A stretch of 63,187 bases of DNA, the filler included, from Jimgerdemannia flammicorona (taxonomy: Eukaryota), in assembly GCA_003990765.1 (NCBI GenBank). It is 3 parts of 3 records of this genome, joined end to end, with 100 filler letters (N's around TTAATTAATTAA, not from the genome) between each part and the next. Parts side by side here need not be neighbours in the genome. Positions count along the whole stretch, not along the records: positions 42,209 to 63,187 come from RBNJ01001552.1; 2 more parts are not named here. One strand, written 5' to 3'. The translations under genes were made by a program, and so were the position numbers. Positions 60,838-63,187 of this stretch are shown piece after piece; position 1 is the first letter of the stretch, and each line of letters opens with the position of its first letter. A model generated the notes under the pieces. The model searched no databases. It was not told the origin of the DNA and saw only the letters and a list, made by a program, of their open reading frames with translations.

Positions 60838-63117
60838 ATGTATATAGTATTGTTTTCTATATATTCCTATATAAAATAATACTATATATTAATATATTTT
60901 ATTTTACTATAAGTGCTATCATAGACTAGTTTTATTCTGATATAATATAGTACTTTATTTTTGAGTGAATCTGAGTACTTTTAATAGCTTGTAAAGCCAA
61001 ATAACTTTCTTTATCACACTTGACAATACTTGGTACTCTGCTATATTGATAATGTTATTATAAATGATTACTTATACATTTGCTATAAAATGACAAATCC
61101 TTCTTTACTAATATAGAAGAGATATCTGATTATAGATTAATAGTTATCTAGATTATCTACCTAATTGATATTATATATACTAGATAGCTATATAGTATTA
61201 TTGTTATTATTACTTCTACTTAATCTACTAAGAGTAAGTATATAGTATGCTATACCTGAAAATTCTCTTAACAGTATTCTAATATAAGTTATTATAGTAG
61301 AAGGAATACTATACTACTTTATTTATAACATATGATATGTTGAGCCTTATTTCTAGTATAAGATATATAAGAGAACTAACTACTTATTAATAGAGAATAT
61401 TTTTATTAGTATTGTCTTTGATACTATTTTTGGTAAGTATATTGTTATTATTCTCAAGTATAGTATTTAGCTTCCTTAACTTTATGAAAGTATCTATAAG
61501 AGTATTAATAGGTTATATTTACTCATATTGAAATATTTAAGAATTGTTTAAATATATATTACTTATGAGAAGTATATTATATATATATTTCTGTTATATA
61601 TGATAGATATCTCCAAAGGGAAGAATATATCATCTATATATATTATTTTGAATTCTTAGTATAGAGCTTCTTTAATTCTATTAAGTCTATTCTTATTTCT
61701 AATAATAATTATATTATCAATCTAAATACTGATGAATACTATATTTCTATCATTATAATTAGTACTCTGAATAGATTTAATTTATCTAGATAAGATTTGA
61801 TTCAGATTCATCATATAATAGATTTGAATCAACTTAAATTGATCTTGTAATCTGATCCAGATTAATCCAGATTGATCCAGATCACTTGAAATCTTTGATA
61901 ACATCACTCTTTCTTTATTTTTTTCTTTTTTCTGATACTTCTTTTTATTTTTTCTACTATATCATAAATAAATAAATAGTAGCTCTTTAATCATATATTG
62001 ATTTACTTATTTTTTTTATCTATTTAATGATTATTAAAAGAGAGAATATTTGAGATAAAAAAGTACTCTCTATTAATAATGTTAAATTATTTCTCATATA
62101 GATAGCATACAAGCTGCTCAATAAGAGTTAAAGTAGTAGTAGTAATAATAATGATAATAGTAATAGTGATAGTGATGATAAGAATGAGAATGAGAGAGAA
62201 TTCTAGCAATAACTTATAGTAACCTTTCAGATATCAGAATTCATAGACCTCACAGCTATGTATACAGTAGTCTTTTTAGAGTAGCTAATAGTAAATGTAG
62301 ATTGCCTTTTTACTACTATATTTAAATCTCACAGTATGATTAAATTCATTTTGTACTGTTCTTTTTTTCTTAGGATCTACAGCTCTATAATGAGATCTGT
62401 CAACTTTATTCACAATATCTGGTCAAGATGAAGAAAAGCTAGAGAATATTGCAAGGTATACTTTTGGTGGCTAAGCTATTGAGTCAATACATTATATAAC
62501 AGAGGTCTCAAAAGGATCAGAAGCAAGCCTTCATGAGTAATCTTATATAACTTATCTATATATAACTCATTCTTAGCTCTTTTCTAAATACTTACTCTTT
62601 ATTTTATTTAATTTTATTTTTTTATATTATCTCTTAAAAATTTTTATATATAATCTATCTATATACTTTTGGTCCACTACTCAGATTAAGACTTAGTTCT
62701 ACTGCAGAAAAAATTCAAAGTTACTCAAGTTTGACTATGTCTGGTATCTGATCAAATATAGAAGTTCAAGGATAAGTTATTCAGTATGAGCAATATTAGA
62801 ATTACTATTAAGACTTAGAGGTCTATATTCAAATCAGAGTCAATCACTCTTGATCGAGAAGTCCATTGGCCTGCTAGAGTATTCAATGATAAAGAAAACT
62901 ATATTATTATTAACAATTATAGAGAAGTAGTTATAATAGTGATAAGAAGTCTCTATAGTAATGAGCTTTATCAATAAGATTTGTAAGAATTATATCAAAT
63001 ATCAGATAGTAAGAAAGAGAAGATATAAAAAGTAAAAAGGAAGAGTTTGGATAAGAATTGGATATACTGCAATATTGGTAAAGGGTGGGTTCTCTGGAGT
63101 TTTTTCAAAATTCTCTA

Positions 63118-63119
<2 letters not shown>

Positions 63120-63182
<63 letters not shown>

Positions 63183-63187
63183 TTTTT
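63120..63187. repeat. Poly(T) run at the contig end (possible tail of a minus-strand retroposon)
   Basis: More than 60 T residues read directly. Confidence 0.6.

Noticed and set aside
60838..61760. Possible hAT-like transposase relic on the minus strand, split by D (with 51640-52111)
   Set aside because: Only faint motif echoes in heavily mutated AT-rich DNA, not supportable without an HMM search.

Overview
Eukaryotic, most likely fungal, repeat-rich DNA. It consists of three ~21 kb contigs (1-21018, 21119-42108, 42209-63187) joined by N-TTAATTAATTAA-N spacers, so adjacency across the spacers is not biological. Almost everything is transposable element. There are four dUTPase-carrying Ty3/gypsy copies from three families (A 1.2-6.5 kb chromovirus; B 7.8-18.3 kb and its truncated sister C 26.9-32.6 kb; D 52.1-60.8 kb). 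There are also a young 2 kb solo LTR, a truncated young LTR (E), a Ty1/copia relic, three L1/Tx1-like LINEs, two copies of a ~1.2 kb non-coding retroposon and two foldback MITEs. Host sequence is limited to an intron-containing SPRY-domain gene and a possible HMG-box fragment. Most TEs show heavy CpG->TpG and CpA->TpA decay. The main finding is an accessory protein family that I do not recognise ('ORF-X': RI..DI...P.l.....P...Y[EQA]IG..L core, helical middle, acidic tail). It occurs six times, either between integrase and the 3' LTR or entirely inside the LTR with its own TATA box, and is intact (318 aa) in the solo LTR. Between sister elements B and C, ORF-X and a palindromic U3 repeat array have diverged together while pol has barely changed, which suggests a trans-activator or anti-silencing protein with a cognate DNA target. 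The B/C family also appears to express RT by a -1 frameshift placed after dUTPase, and integrase from a separate stop-start ORF. All alignments were made by eye.
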